Positions 38,844 to 48,575 are shown, counted from the first letter of the stretch. The stretch is DNA of 64,000 nucleotides from Myxococcota bacterium (GCA_036012755.1 DASCPX010000137.1:1-64000), one strand, 5' to 3'. A program made the numbers and translations. Notes: a model not told the origin generated them from the sequence alone.

Positions 38844-38876
38844 TCTTCTGTCCGGATTCGCCGGCTCGGTGCTCCT
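38842..38876 (+). promoter_or_regulatory. Conserved upstream motif C (candidate ECF promoter)
   Basis: CTTCTGTCCGGAT-N14-CTCC, followed by AGGAGG and ATG at 38896. Confidence 0.55.
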
Positions 38877-38895
38877 ACGTCACCAGGAGGCTCCG

Positions 38896-39858
38896 ATGAT
38901 CGACCGAGCAGACCTCGTCCAGCGTCTTCGCAGCCGCGGCGCCCTGGCGCTGCAGGGCCTGCGTGGCGCGCCGACCGTCGAAGCCCTGCGCGTCGCCGGC
39001 GTGGCCGAGCTCCTCGGCGAGGCCGACTGTCCGAGCGATCTGCGCACCCTCCACGCCGAGCTCAGGGCCGCGCCCCTGCCCGACCGCCCTGCCCTGATGC
39101 CCTTGAGCTTCCAGCTTCGGGACGGGGATCTTCGTGAGGACGACCTGCTCGACTTCCTGGTGCTCAGCGCCCTCGCGCCGCGCCTGCCTCCCTGGGCAGC
39201 GGAGCGAGCCCAGGACGCGCTCGACGACGTGCTCATCGAGGCCGAGGACCACAGGGATCTGCTCGCCAGGGCAGAGGAGCTCCGCGTCCAGCTCGGGCCT
39301 GCCTCGGGCACGCCGCTGGCTGACCTGCTGCAGGACCTCGACGCCCTGCGGCGAGACACGGCGCTGGTGCCCACGGAGCTGCTCGCCGCGGCGTTCCAGC
39401 CTCGAGGTCTCGGCGCCTGGGCTGCCGTGCTGCGTGCCTCGATGGCGGACCTCGCAGAGGAGTTGCGCGAGCGGGCCGCCGAGTTCGCCGACGAGCTCGC
39501 CCAGCTCGGCGCTCAGCCCCAGCTCGTCACCGCGGACGAAGGCCTCGGTCTGCCCAGCGCTGACGTGCTCGTCTACTGCGATGGGGACAACGAGGTCTTC
39601 CTCGCGTGCTCCCGCCAGCGGCTCTACCTGGAGGTCCGGGGTCCCTGGGCTGCCGATCTCACGGTGCGGATCGGCGTGATCACCCTTGACCAGGTCCCGC
39701 CCTTGTCGCCCGACGACGAGGACGTCGTGACCTGGGCGCTGCCAGATGACCCGGGAACCCCGATGGCTCCTGACATCGGCCACGGTGGAGCTTCCACGCA
39801 CAAGCTCTTCCTCGACATCCCGGACGAGGGCAGCATCGCGCTCCCGATCCGCCTGTGA
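38896..39858 (+). CDS. Hypothetical protein, candidate anti-sigma / protease substrate
   Basis: AGGAGG RBS; helical N-terminal part, linker, beta-rich C-terminal part; lies between the sigma-like and protease genes. Confidence 0.7.
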   Translation: MIDRADLVQRLRSRGALALQGLRGAPTVEALRVAGVAELLGEADCPSDLRTLHAELRAAPLPDRPALMPLSFQLRDGDLREDDLLDFLVLSALAPRLPPWAAERAQDALDDVLIEAEDHRDLLARAEELRVQLGPASGTPLADLLQDLDALRRDTALVPTELLAAAFQPRGLGAWAAVLRASMADLAEELRERAAEFADELAQLGAQPQLVTADEGLGLPSADVLVYCDGDNEVFLACSRQRLYLEVRGPWAADLTVRIGVITLDQVPPLSPDDEDVVTWALPDDPGTPMAPDIGHGGASTHKLFLDIPDEGSIALPIRL

Positions 39859-41423
39859 ACCCGACCGAGCTCGAGCGCTGGTGGAGACATGCCCCCGGTG
39901 CCTGTCTGCGCGTCGCCGAGAAGCTGGCCTGCGGCAACTCCAGTGAGCGCGCCCGGGGCCGGCACCTGAGCTCTCGGATCGCGCTGCTGGACCTCAGGCC
40001 TCGAGTCGGTGTGGCCTGGTTCCCGGTCGTCCACCAGCCCGGTGGGGCCGTCGAGGGCTTCCTCGTCCAGGTCGTCGTCGGCGGCGGTCGGCCGATAGAG
40101 GGCGCAGAAGCCCTGGCCGCCTGGTTCGGGGGCCTCCTCCCCGAAGCCGAGGCCGAGGTCCGCGCACTCTCCATCGGCATCGAGGGACTGCCCGAGGGCT
40201 TCGAGGTGCGAGGTCACTCCTTGCAACTCGCGGCCGCGGAGGCCCTCGTCTCCCACTTCCTGCAGCGGCCTGCTGCCTCGGCCCGAGTCAGCTCGGGCGG
40301 CCTGGGAGCTGACTTCTGCGCGCTGTCCCCCATCGACCAGGTCGCGGTGAAGCGCCGCATCTGCGCCCTGGAGGCTCCCGGAGCGGTAGCCACGGTCGTC
40401 GAGGCGTCCGCCCACCTGGAGCTCTCTTCGGCCTTCGGGAGCGCCTGGCGGGGAGAGCTCGCGGCGGCGCTCGGGGCCTCTGCGAGCGCCCTGTCTCGCG
40501 ACGCCCGTCGGGCCTACCTCGATAGGAAATACCCACGGGCCGAGAGGCTCGCGGAGCTCGCCCTGGACACGGAGGATCTACCCCTCGCCCGCTGGGTGCG
40601 CGGGGCCTGCAGGGTCCACCGGGGCGAGCAGGGACTCGAGGATCTCGAGCTGGCCTTCGAGGCGCTCCGCCACAGCGAAGAGGAGGCCTGGCTCGGCGAG
40701 GAGCTCGAGGCCTTCCTGGGCATCGCGCTGTTGGACGAGCTGCGCCCCGTCGAGGCGAGGCCCCGGCTGGAGCGGGCGCTCGCGCGCCTCGAGGACGCTC
40801 GACGAGACCGGCGCTTCAGGGAGGTCGCGGTCCAGGTCGCCGGCACCCTCCGACGAGTCCTGCAGCTCCTGGGCGAGGTCGAGGACGCCCTGCAGGTCCA
40901 CCAGACCTGGGTCCTCGGCCATGCCCACCAGGACCACGAGCACAGCCGCGCCCTGATCGAGAGCGCCGCCCTGGAGCTCGCCCTGGAGCGACCCGGTGTC
41001 GAGCGGACCCTGGAGCTGGCGGAGCGACAGCTCGCTCACTGTTCCTCTGACGAGCGAGCGGTCACCCGTCGGTACATCGAGGTGCAGCGGGTCCGAGCCG
41101 GGCTCTCCAGCTCGGCTCGCAAGGGCGAGCCGCCGGACTGGTCGGACTTCCCCCAGCCCCTGGAGGCCCTGGCCGGGCTCTGTACCGAGGAGCTGGAGAG
41201 CTGGCTCGACGACTACGTCGATCTCGCCACCCTTGGATGCGCCATGCACCTGGTATTGCTCGGCGCAGCAGCCCGATCGGGGCCCGTTCGCCAGGCTCCC
41301 GAGCTCGTGATCTGCTTCAGGGAGCGGACGGGCCCGGAGCGGCTCGGCGCAGCAGCATGGAGCGCGCTCGCTGCGCTGGAGGCCGGAGATTGCGCCCCCT
41401 GGAGGCGGCTGGCCCCCTACTGA
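39855..41423 (+). CDS. Lon-type (S16-like) Ser-Lys protease domain fused to TPR-like repeats
   Basis: VRGHSLQLAAA ... SSGGL ... LSPIDQVAVK with Lys 44 residues after Ser; no AAA module; GTGA overlap with the upstream gene. Confidence 0.7.
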   Translation: MNPTELERWWRHAPGACLRVAEKLACGNSSERARGRHLSSRIALLDLRPRVGVAWFPVVHQPGGAVEGFLVQVVVGGGRPIEGAEALAAWFGGLLPEAEAEVRALSIGIEGLPEGFEVRGHSLQLAAAEALVSHFLQRPAASARVSSGGLGADFCALSPIDQVAVKRRICALEAPGAVATVVEASAHLELSSAFGSAWRGELAAALGASASALSRDARRAYLDRKYPRAERLAELALDTEDLPLARWVRGACRVHRGEQGLEDLELAFEALRHSEEEAWLGEELEAFLGIALLDELRPVEARPRLERALARLEDARRDRRFREVAVQVAGTLRRVLQLLGEVEDALQVHQTWVLGHAHQDHEHSRALIESAALELALERPGVERTLELAERQLAHCSSDERAVTRRYIEVQRVRAGLSSSARKGEPPDWSDFPQPLEALAGLCTEELESWLDDYVDLATLGCAMHLVLLGAAARSGPVRQAPELVICFRERTGPERLGAAAWSALAALEAGDCAPWRRLAPY

Positions 41424-43010
41424 TCAGGGCTCGAGCTCGCCCGCCTCGATGGTCCAGGAGGCCAACTCGACGCCGTCCACGTCGTGCAGGGTGGCCACCA
41501 GCTGATCGCTGGAGACGACCATGCCGATGAAGAACACGCCCTCGTCCTCGCAGACCGTCCAGCTCTCCTCCTGGCAGGGACTGTTCCAGGTCGCCAGCGG
41601 AGACGAGGTCAGCTCTGGCAGGTCGTAGCTGGCTCCGGGCAGCAGCCGGAACTCCGAGCGGTGGACGTCGCCCGAGAGCAGGACCAGCCCGGGCACATCC
41701 GCCGTGGCCTCCAGCAGCGCAGTCCAGTCCTCTGGGAAGTTGGCCCAGGAGTCCTCCGAGCCTTCCTGGGTGAACTGGCTGCCGCTGGCGACGAGCTTCC
41801 AGGTCGCGGAGCTGTCGTGGAGCGCCCCGACGAGCCAGGCGGTCTGCTCCCCGCCGAGCATGCTGTCGTCCTCGCCGCGGTGGCTGCGGTCGTCGAGGAG
41901 GAAGAACTCGACCTCTCCGACGACGTGGCGGGAGGGGATGGTGTTGGCCCAGTACTCGTCGAAGACGCGCTTGGCGACGTCGCCTCCGGGGTCGCTCGCG
42001 TCGGTGTTGTTGCCGACGTAGTCGTGGTCGTCCCAGGTCGCGACGATCGAGGTCTCGGCCAGCATCTCCCGGCGCTCGTCCCGCTCGTGGGCCCAGCGGT
42101 ACCACTGACGTAGAGCACCAAGATCGTTCGTGTTTGCGTAGTGGTTGTCCCCGATGAACAGGAAGACGTCAGGCTCGTACGCGCGAATCGCCGAGAAGAT
42201 GGGCTGGTCGTCGTCCTTGCTGCAGGAGCCGAAGGCGATGCGCAGCTGCTCCGCTGGCTCCTCCACGGTCCACGGTCCCAGCGTCTGTCCCTCGATCTCC
42301 AGGGAGTACTCGAAGGGAGGGGCGATGCCCTCGAGCACGACCTCCTCCGCGAAGTCGTCCGCGGCCAGGGGGTAGCCGATGTGTCGCAGGCGCCCGTCCA
42401 CGCTGAGCTTCACCTGTCGGGTCGCGTCCGTGCGGTACCAGATCCGCACGCCCTCCGCGGTGACCGGGCCGACCAGGGGGCCGTGGGTGAGGGGGGTCTC
42501 CCAGCAGCCCAGGCAGTCGAGCACGGCGGCCTCTGAGAGGCTGGCGACCTCGTCCTCGTCGTCGGTGCCGAGCTTCACCTCGTAGTCGCTCTTGCAGTGG
42601 ATGGGCTCGCCGTCGAAGCTCACCGCGATGCATCCGGGCCGGTACTGGTCGCCGCCGTCGTCGATCGACCAGGTGAGATCCTGGACATCCGCCCGGGACA
42701 GCCCGAAGTCCTCTTCGACGTGCACGTCGACGATGCCGTGCTCGTTGTCGTTCCAGTCGGGCTTCGCCAGCTCCAGGCAGTGCTCCTCGCCGAGGCAGAG
42801 GGTGAGCACGTCGTCGGTGCCGCTGTACTCGCTGGTGTCAGAGGGCAGCATCGTCACGTGGAGGACATCGATGACCTCTGGGAACTCGGGCATGCCGGGG
42901 TCGGGCACGCCCTCGCTGTCGGGGCTGTCGCCCTCGCTCTCGACCACGACGCTCTCGTCGGGGGGCACGCCCGAGGGGGCACAGGTGCAGGACCAGAACA
43001 ACGCGAGCAT
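41424..43010 (-). CDS. PhoD-family alkaline phosphatase with N-terminal extension
   Basis: IAFGSC, FIGDNHY, TWDDHD, LLDDRSHR, LLSGDVH. Start re-called at MLALFWSC. Confidence 0.9.
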   Translation of the reverse strand: MLALFWSCTCAPSGVPPDESVVVESEGDSPDSEGVPDPGMPEFPEVIDVLHVTMLPSDTSEYSGTDDVLTLCLGEEHCLELAKPDWNDNEHGIVDVHVEEDFGLSRADVQDLTWSIDDGGDQYRPGCIAVSFDGEPIHCKSDYEVKLGTDDEDEVASLSEAAVLDCLGCWETPLTHGPLVGPVTAEGVRIWYRTDATRQVKLSVDGRLRHIGYPLAADDFAEEVVLEGIAPPFEYSLEIEGQTLGPWTVEEPAEQLRIAFGSCSKDDDQPIFSAIRAYEPDVFLFIGDNHYANTNDLGALRQWYRWAHERDERREMLAETSIVATWDDHDYVGNNTDASDPGGDVAKRVFDEYWANTIPSRHVVGEVEFFLLDDRSHRGEDDSMLGGEQTAWLVGALHDSSATWKLVASGSQFTQEGSEDSWANFPEDWTALLEATADVPGLVLLSGDVHRSEFRLLPGASYDLPELTSSPLATWNSPCQEESWTVCEDEGVFFIGMVVSSDQLVATLHDVDGVELASWTIEAGELEP

Positions 43011-43018
43011 CCGAGTCC

Positions 43019-43786
43019 CTAACGGGCCAGGGCTGCCTCGATGGCATCGCGCACAGCGTCGGCGTTGTATTGGCGCGCCATGTAGACGATCCGCCCCTGT
43101 CGATCGACGAGGATCTGGAGCGGGAAGGGCGCGTAGCCGCCGAGCGCGCTCGTGTCGTAGGATCGGTAGACCGAGCCGTCCGCGTCGAGCAGCACGGGGG
43201 ATGTGAGCCGGTTCAGGTCCGAGTCCATGACCACGAGCCCCTCGTCCAGCGCGCCGAGCAGCACGACGCCGCCGTCGGCCGAGATGTCCTCGTGGAAGCC
43301 CTCCGTCACCCATCCGGGGAGATCGACCGGGGTCGGGGTGTCGGTCGAGACGTCCACGACCACGATCCGGTCGGCCCTGGTGGCGAAGAAGGCCCGCTGG
43401 GTGTCCCTGTCCACGGCGACGCGGTAGGTCCGCCCGGAGCTGTGCTCGGCCAGCCGCACGTGGTTCTCCAGGTCGTACCAGGCCCACCCGGAGACCCCGG
43501 CGACGATGGCCCGGGTCTTGTCGATGACGACGGCGTCCAGCCACTCGACGTATGGCTCCAGCTCTCCGTCGACGGTCTCGATGGGGTCGCCGAGGACGAG
43601 GGGGAGCTCTACCTCCGGCTCGTCCGTGTCGGGGGAGCTGTCGTATGTGGGCGACCCGCTGTCGCAGGTCGGGTCGGAGGCCACCGGGTGGCAGGCGCCG
43701 TCCGCGGCTCGAGCGAAGCCACGGAGGCAGGGCTCGCGGCAGGCGAAGCTCAGGATGCCCAGGAACACCTCTGCAGGATGCTCCAT
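43019..43786 (-). CDS. Hypothetical protein: partial beta-propeller joined to a redoxin-like C-terminal fragment
   Basis: Beta-repeat segments, then PVLLDADG..PFPLQILVDRQGRIVY with no redoxin N-terminal half. Confidence 0.6.
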   Translation of the reverse strand: MEHPAEVFLGILSFACREPCLRGFARAADGACHPVASDPTCDSGSPTYDSSPDTDEPEVELPLVLGDPIETVDGELEPYVEWLDAVVIDKTRAIVAGVSGWAWYDLENHVRLAEHSSGRTYRVAVDRDTQRAFFATRADRIVVVDVSTDTPTPVDLPGWVTEGFHEDISADGGVVLLGALDEGLVVMDSDLNRLTSPVLLDADGSVYRSYDTSALGGYAPFPLQILVDRQGRIVYMARQYNADAVRDAIEAALAR

Positions 43787-44523
43787 GACGGCCCCGGTTT
43801 CGGCAGCTGGTCAGCGGTCGGCACGCGCAGGCAGCGCAGCACGGCGTCGAGGTCTTCGTCCGGTCGCATCCGGAGCGCGCGACGGACCGAGGCCGTGCGC
43901 AGCTTCAGGACTCCGGCCAGGAGCTCGGGGTGATCCCAGCCCTGGTGAGCAGCGGCCTGGATCGCCATGCGACGGACCATCGGCGAGGTGCCCAGCTCCT
44001 CTGGATGGGAGCGGGTGGCGGCGCAGACGGCTCGGAGCAGGTCCGCGAAGGTCGGCCTGCGGTGGCGCGCGCGGCCGACCGGCTGGACCCGAGCGGGCCC
44101 CTCGGCGGTCACCCAGGGGCGACAGACGAGGCCGGCTGCGTCTCGCCAGGAGCTGAACTCCCAGTGGAGCGGATGCGCCACGAGACCACGCTTCACCGGG
44201 ATCACGGCCAGGCTGGCCGGGCTGGTGATCGCGAGGGGGTGGGTGGGGATGCGCCAGAGGCCGGCGTGGCGCAGGGAGGCACACACGCTGGCGATGCGGC
44301 GGCGGGGCCTGTTCGAGTCTGGGGCGACCAGGACGTGCAGCTCGTGTGGGAGGAGGAGGGCGGCCCGGACGTCCCGGCCAAGGCTCTTCCGCATGCTGCG
44401 CCAGAGGGCGAGCGCTGCGGCGCGGTGTGGGAGGGGTGCTTCGTTGATGAGGTGGAGATGGAGCACGGCGACCTCGCGCTGGGGGTTCGCCTGTGCCCAT
44501 CGCAACGGCCGTGCCGCGCCCAA
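43750..44523 (-). mobile_element. Degenerate Y1/RAYT-like (HUH) transposase homolog
   Basis: LLLPHELHVLV resembles MPNHxH; PVKRGLVAHPLHWEFSSW resembles NPVxAGLVxxPxxWxWSS. Start uncertain. Confidence 0.55.
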
Positions 44524-44536
44524 GTGGCTGAAACCC

Positions 44537-44578
44537 GGGGGGTCGGCAGCCAGACTGCCCGAGGCTCCGACAACCCCC
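44537..44578. repeat. Imperfect palindrome (REP-like) upstream of the RAYT-like gene
   Basis: GGGGGGTCGGCAGCC ... GGCTCCGACAACCCCC. Confidence 0.4.
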
Positions 44579-44586
44579 TGTCGAGA

Positions 44587-45648
44587 TCACTCCACCTCGT
44601 CGGCCGTCCACTCCGCCTCGTCGGCCATCCATCCGCTCCAGCGCATCGCGAGCCCGACGAACACCCAGACCAGCACGCCGCAGACCGCGCCGACGTAGCC
44701 GTCCACGGCGTAGTGCCAGCCCAGGTGCACGCTCCCGACCAGGATGATCGCGGCGAAGCAGCCCAGCGCGACGCCCAGGACCCGGTGTCGGGCCCAGCCC
44801 AGCAGGGCGAACAGCACGCTCGTCGCCACGTGCATGCTCGGCATGGCCGAGATGCCTGCGACGGTCTCGACCGTGCCGCGCTCGTAGGCAGCCCAGAGCT
44901 GCTCCTGCACGTCGACGGCCCAGAGGTGGTGGACCTCGTGCAGCATGTGGAGCTCGGCCATGAGCCCCGCGTAGGGGTCTGGCTCGCCGGGGTAGAGCTC
45001 TGCCCAGAAGCAGGGGCCGACGCTGGAGGTCAGGGTCGCCAGGAGGGTCCCCGCCAGGATCCAGAGCAGCACGAAGCTCAGGAGGAAGCGGGCCCGCAGG
45101 CGCCGGTGCATGGAGAAGGCCTGCCAGATCAGGATGCCGAAGAACAGGAAGATCCAGGCGTTGTAGGCGACGTTGATGGCCACTGTGACCAAGGGGGCTG
45201 TCGGGTGCAGCCACTCGAAGGGCGGGCCGCCGTGCAGGGCGACGTCCCAGTCGTGGAAGAGCCGGTCGTACTCGAAGGGCACCATCCGGGGGATGGCCAC
45301 CTTCAAGCTCCCGAAGGTCGACATGAACAGGGGCAACAGCGCGTAGACGATGGCGAAGCCCGCGAGGCGGCGGGGCTGGAGCCAGCTGGTCTTGAGGTCC
45401 TCCCAGATGAAGCGGAAGGCCGAGACCCCGTCTGGCACCCGGGGCAGGCTGCGCAGGGCGTGGCCGCCGAGGAACAGCACGACGAAGAGCACGGCCACCG
45501 CCTCGACCGCCGGGTAGCGCAGGCTGAGCACCATCACGTCGCCCAGGGCCGCGTCCACCGCGTAGCCCCCGGCGAGGTAGAGCCCGACGAGGACAGCCAG
45601 TGGCGCGTGCTCGCGCCAGAGGGTCAGCGGCAGCCGCTCTGATCGCAC
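44587..45648 (-). CDS. PAP2-superfamily membrane protein (Aur1/Ipt1-like)
   Basis: Several TM segments; SVGP, AMPSMHV, LGWHYAVDG. Confidence 0.88.
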   Translation of the reverse strand: MRSERLPLTLWREHAPLAVLVGLYLAGGYAVDAALGDVMVLSLRYPAVEAVAVLFVVLFLGGHALRSLPRVPDGVSAFRFIWEDLKTSWLQPRRLAGFAIVYALLPLFMSTFGSLKVAIPRMVPFEYDRLFHDWDVALHGGPPFEWLHPTAPLVTVAINVAYNAWIFLFFGILIWQAFSMHRRLRARFLLSFVLLWILAGTLLATLTSSVGPCFWAELYPGEPDPYAGLMAELHMLHEVHHLWAVDVQEQLWAAYERGTVETVAGISAMPSMHVATSVLFALLGWARHRVLGVALGCFAAIILVGSVHLGWHYAVDGYVGAVCGVLVWVFVGLAMRWSGWMADEAEWTADEVE

Positions 45649-46670
45649 AGGAGGCTCTCGATCTTCTCGAGGTCCGAGCGGATGCAGCCGCCGTAGAGAG
45701 AGATGTCGCAGGGGTCGTTGTCGAGGTCCTCTGCGCCGAAGTCGCTCTGCTCGATCAGCACGAGGCTGGCTGGTCCGACGGGGTAGAGCGCCAGCGCCCC
45801 CTCCCCCCCGACGTTGTCGGTGAGCTCCAGGCGACTCAGGGTGGCGCTGCCGAAGAGCGTGAGCGCGCCGGTCCAGGTGGAGCGGTGGTCGGTGATCACG
45901 AGGTCGCTGGCCTCCAGGCTCTCCGCCGCGCCCAGGGCTGGCCCGTTGGACTGGTTGGTGGCGAAGCGGGAGTCTTCGATGCTGAGGTCCTTGTAGGCCG
46001 TCATCAGCGCCCGTCCGGGTTCGTTCATCAGGACGATCGTGTCCTCGACGAGCAGCCCGGCGATGCTGGCCTCGCCGCGGAGCTCGATGTGCGCGCCGAG
46101 CACCGAGCGGCTCTCCCGGTAGTCGAGGTCCGCGATCGTGATTGTCTCGCCCTCGAGCCGCAGGGCCACGTCGTCGACCTGGATGGCGCTGACGGAGAGG
46201 CCGTCGATGACCAGCTCCTCCTCGACCTTCGCGCTCAGCGCCGGCGTCTCCTCGGCGGTGAGGGTGAAGCCGCCGAGCTCGACGTCACGCAGGGTGATGC
46301 TGTCGGCTGTGAGCTCCAACGGCAGCTCGAAGCGCAGGCCCTGGAAGACCACAGGCTGATGGGTGAGGAGCTTCAACGGCGTGGCCTCGGCCCCGGTGTC
46401 CTCGAGCACTGGCACCAGCACGACGCCCTCCTCGCCGATCCAGCTCACCTGGCCAGGCAGCGTCTCGTCGGTCTTGTCCATATCCAGGCTGGTCGAGTAG
46501 CTGCCGGCGCCCAGGCACAGGGTCACCCAGCCAGCCGTGCCCTTCATCATGAGGTCGATGTCGGTGCCGATCTCGCCGGTCTCCAGCCGAAGGATCTCCC
46601 CGTCGGCGGGGGGACACGAAGGACCGGGACTCTCCTTGGTCCCGGTGCAGGCCACGACCCACCAGAGCAT
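45624..46670 (-). CDS. Putative lipoprotein with beta-helix (pectin-lyase-like) repeats
   Basis: MLWWVVAC start; LCLGAGSY; S.FATN / TDNVGG repeats. Confidence 0.7.
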   Translation of the reverse strand: MLWWVVACTGTKESPGPSCPPADGEILRLETGEIGTDIDLMMKGTAGWVTLCLGAGSYSTSLDMDKTDETLPGQVSWIGEEGVVLVPVLEDTGAEATPLKLLTHQPVVFQGLRFELPLELTADSITLRDVELGGFTLTAEETPALSAKVEEELVIDGLSVSAIQVDDVALRLEGETITIADLDYRESRSVLGAHIELRGEASIAGLLVEDTIVLMNEPGRALMTAYKDLSIEDSRFATNQSNGPALGAAESLEASDLVITDHRSTWTGALTLFGSATLSRLELTDNVGGEGALALYPVGPASLVLIEQSDFGAEDLDNDPCDISLYGGCIRSDLEKIESLLCDQSGCR

Positions 46671-46714
46671 GCCGGCAGTCTACGCGACCTCTTTCTCTGT
46701 CGCTGAGTCGGCGC

Positions 46715-47677
46715 TCAGGTCGGAGCGGAGACCTTCTGCCCGAGCTCCTCGCTCAGGTGAGCGCGGATCCGCTCGTGTTCGGCGGCCTCGACCGGATCGT
46801 CGAGCAGGCGGGCCAGCGCCGCTCGGGCGAGCATCTCTCCGCGGCGTAGCTCCAGCGGATGAGCGAGGGTCAGCGCCTGGCGGTAGGCCTCGATGGCGCC
46901 CTCGGTGTTGCCGAGGTGCTCCATGCACTCACCCAGCTTCGTGTACTCCTGCATCTGGCCGTCGAGGTAGCCCATCTCGCCCATCATCCGGATGGCCGTC
47001 GCGAGCATCGGAATGCCGCGGTCTGGATCGTCCAGGAGGCAGTACAGCTTGCCGATGTTGCCCAGGTTCGTCGCGGTCCCTGCGACCGGGGTCGTGCGCT
47101 CGTACTGCATCGCGGCCAGCTCGAACCAGGCCAGCGCCTGCTCCAGGTCCCCGTCCAGCGCGTACACGACGCCGATGTTGCCGAGCACGACGGCCGCCTT
47201 TCGCGGGGGCGTCTTGCCGTCCAGCTGGTCGCGGCAGCGGTGGTAGTGGGTGAGCGCGGCCTTCCGGTCGCCCAGGGCGTTGAGCACGTTGCCGAGGTGG
47301 TTGTGGATCAGCCAGGCGCTCTCGAAGCCAGGGGGTGCGAGGTTCCTCGCCTCGCCGAAGAGGCGGCGGGCGCCGATGAGGTCTCCGCCGCGTTCGGCCA
47401 CCTATCCCAGACCCAGTCGGGCGTGGGTCGCCGCCGTGCTGTCGCCGAGCGCCTCGGCCAGCTCCAGGCTCGTCTCGTAGGCCGCCTGAGCGCTCGCGAA
47501 GTCGCTGTCGTAGAGCCGCATGTGGCCCAGGATGCGCCAGGCTCGGGTCGCGGTCTCAGGGAAGCGTCCCTCCGCCACCCCGAGCACCGTCAAGCAGAGG
47601 CCGACGCCCCGATCTCGCTCGACCTGGAGCTCCTTGGCCTCGTCGAGGAGGGCCTCCAAGAGCTCGCGCTGTTCCAT
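46715..47677 (-). pseudogene. TPR protein interrupted by an in-frame TAG at 47402-47404
   Basis: ORFs 47402..47677 and 46715..47401 are in frame and the TPR continues across HARLGLG*VAERGGD. Confidence 0.75.
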
Positions 47678-47768
47678 CGGGCCGTCCTCGGAAGCGCACA
47701 GCCTCTCACGGTCGGGGCTTGCGGCCAAGCCTGGAGTGGGCGATAGGGCCGTTTCGAAGGGAGTCTCC

Positions 47769-48575
47769 ATGGTCTTGTTGCTCGCGGCGTGCAGCGTAGA
47801 GCGTGCAAACCCAGAGTTCGACGACGCTGCGGTCCTGGCCCTGCTCGAGTTCACCGCAGAGGACCCCGTGAGCCTCGCCTACGCCGTTCGCCAGATCGAG
47901 GCCGACGTGCGCACCTACCCGCTGGATGGCCAGCTCGCCGACCGCTCCTTCGAGCCCGCGGAGCTCACAGAGGCCGACGTCGCCACCTTCGAGGGCGTGC
48001 CCGACCGCGACCCGGCGCTCTGCCTCCCGGTTGCTGTCGGTCACCTCTCGCCCTTTGGAGTCGACGACCACGCTCGGGTGCAGCTCCTCGAGGACCAGAC
48101 CCCCATCGAGCCCGCGAGCCCTGACAAGTACGACCGCGTCATCATCTCGGGCGAGGACTGCTGGGCGTCGCGCGACTGCGATCTCCTGGTGACGGAGAAT
48201 CCGCTCATCAAGGAGAACACCGCGATGACCATCGACTACACCCTGTTCAAGGACCTGCGGTGGGTGGACCTCGGCCTGCCTGACCCGGCGGACGTGCCCG
48301 AGGGAGAGACCGCGGTCAACGAGGGTGACCCGCGGTGGGCCATCGTCGCCCGTAGCTGGATCTCCGAGCCCGCCATCGCCGACGAGGGCACCTCGATCAT
48401 GCAGTCCTACAGCCTAGAGGTCTGGGTGCCCGACAGCGACGGCACGGTGCGCATGATGGCGCTGTGGTCCGAGACCGACTCCTCCTTCAGCGAGGACGTC
48501 ATCGCTGGCACCACCCGCAGCGGCATCAGCGGCATCTTCGACGCGGCCGACGACTGGATCGAGGAGAACCCCTGA
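47769..48575 (+). CDS. Putative lipoprotein
   Basis: AAGGGAG RBS; MVLLLAAC start. Confidence 0.75.
   Translation: MVLLLAACSVERANPEFDDAAVLALLEFTAEDPVSLAYAVRQIEADVRTYPLDGQLADRSFEPAELTEADVATFEGVPDRDPALCLPVAVGHLSPFGVDDHARVQLLEDQTPIEPASPDKYDRVIISGEDCWASRDCDLLVTENPLIKENTAMTIDYTLFKDLRWVDLGLPDPADVPEGETAVNEGDPRWAIVARSWISEPAIADEGTSIMQSYSLEVWVPDSDGTVRMMALWSETDSSFSEDVIAGTTRSGISGIFDAADDWIEENP

Larger units (their letters stand above)
12867..41423. other. Putative defence/conflict genomic island (~28.5 kb, 23 genes)
   Basis: Switch from exported acidic proteins to Arg/Leu/Ala-rich NTPases, nuclease-like and protease-like proteins. Both ends abut convergent host genes. No integrase or att repeat seen. Confidence 0.7.

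Noticed and set aside
12860..41440. Prophage or integrative element with att sites
   Set aside because: No integrase, phage structural genes, tRNA target or convincing terminal direct repeat was seen.
4276..47404. TAG recoding suggested by two in-frame TAGs (4276 and 47402)
   Set aside because: TAG ends other genes at natural C-termini (e.g. 51528, 50816, 43019), so it works as a stop.
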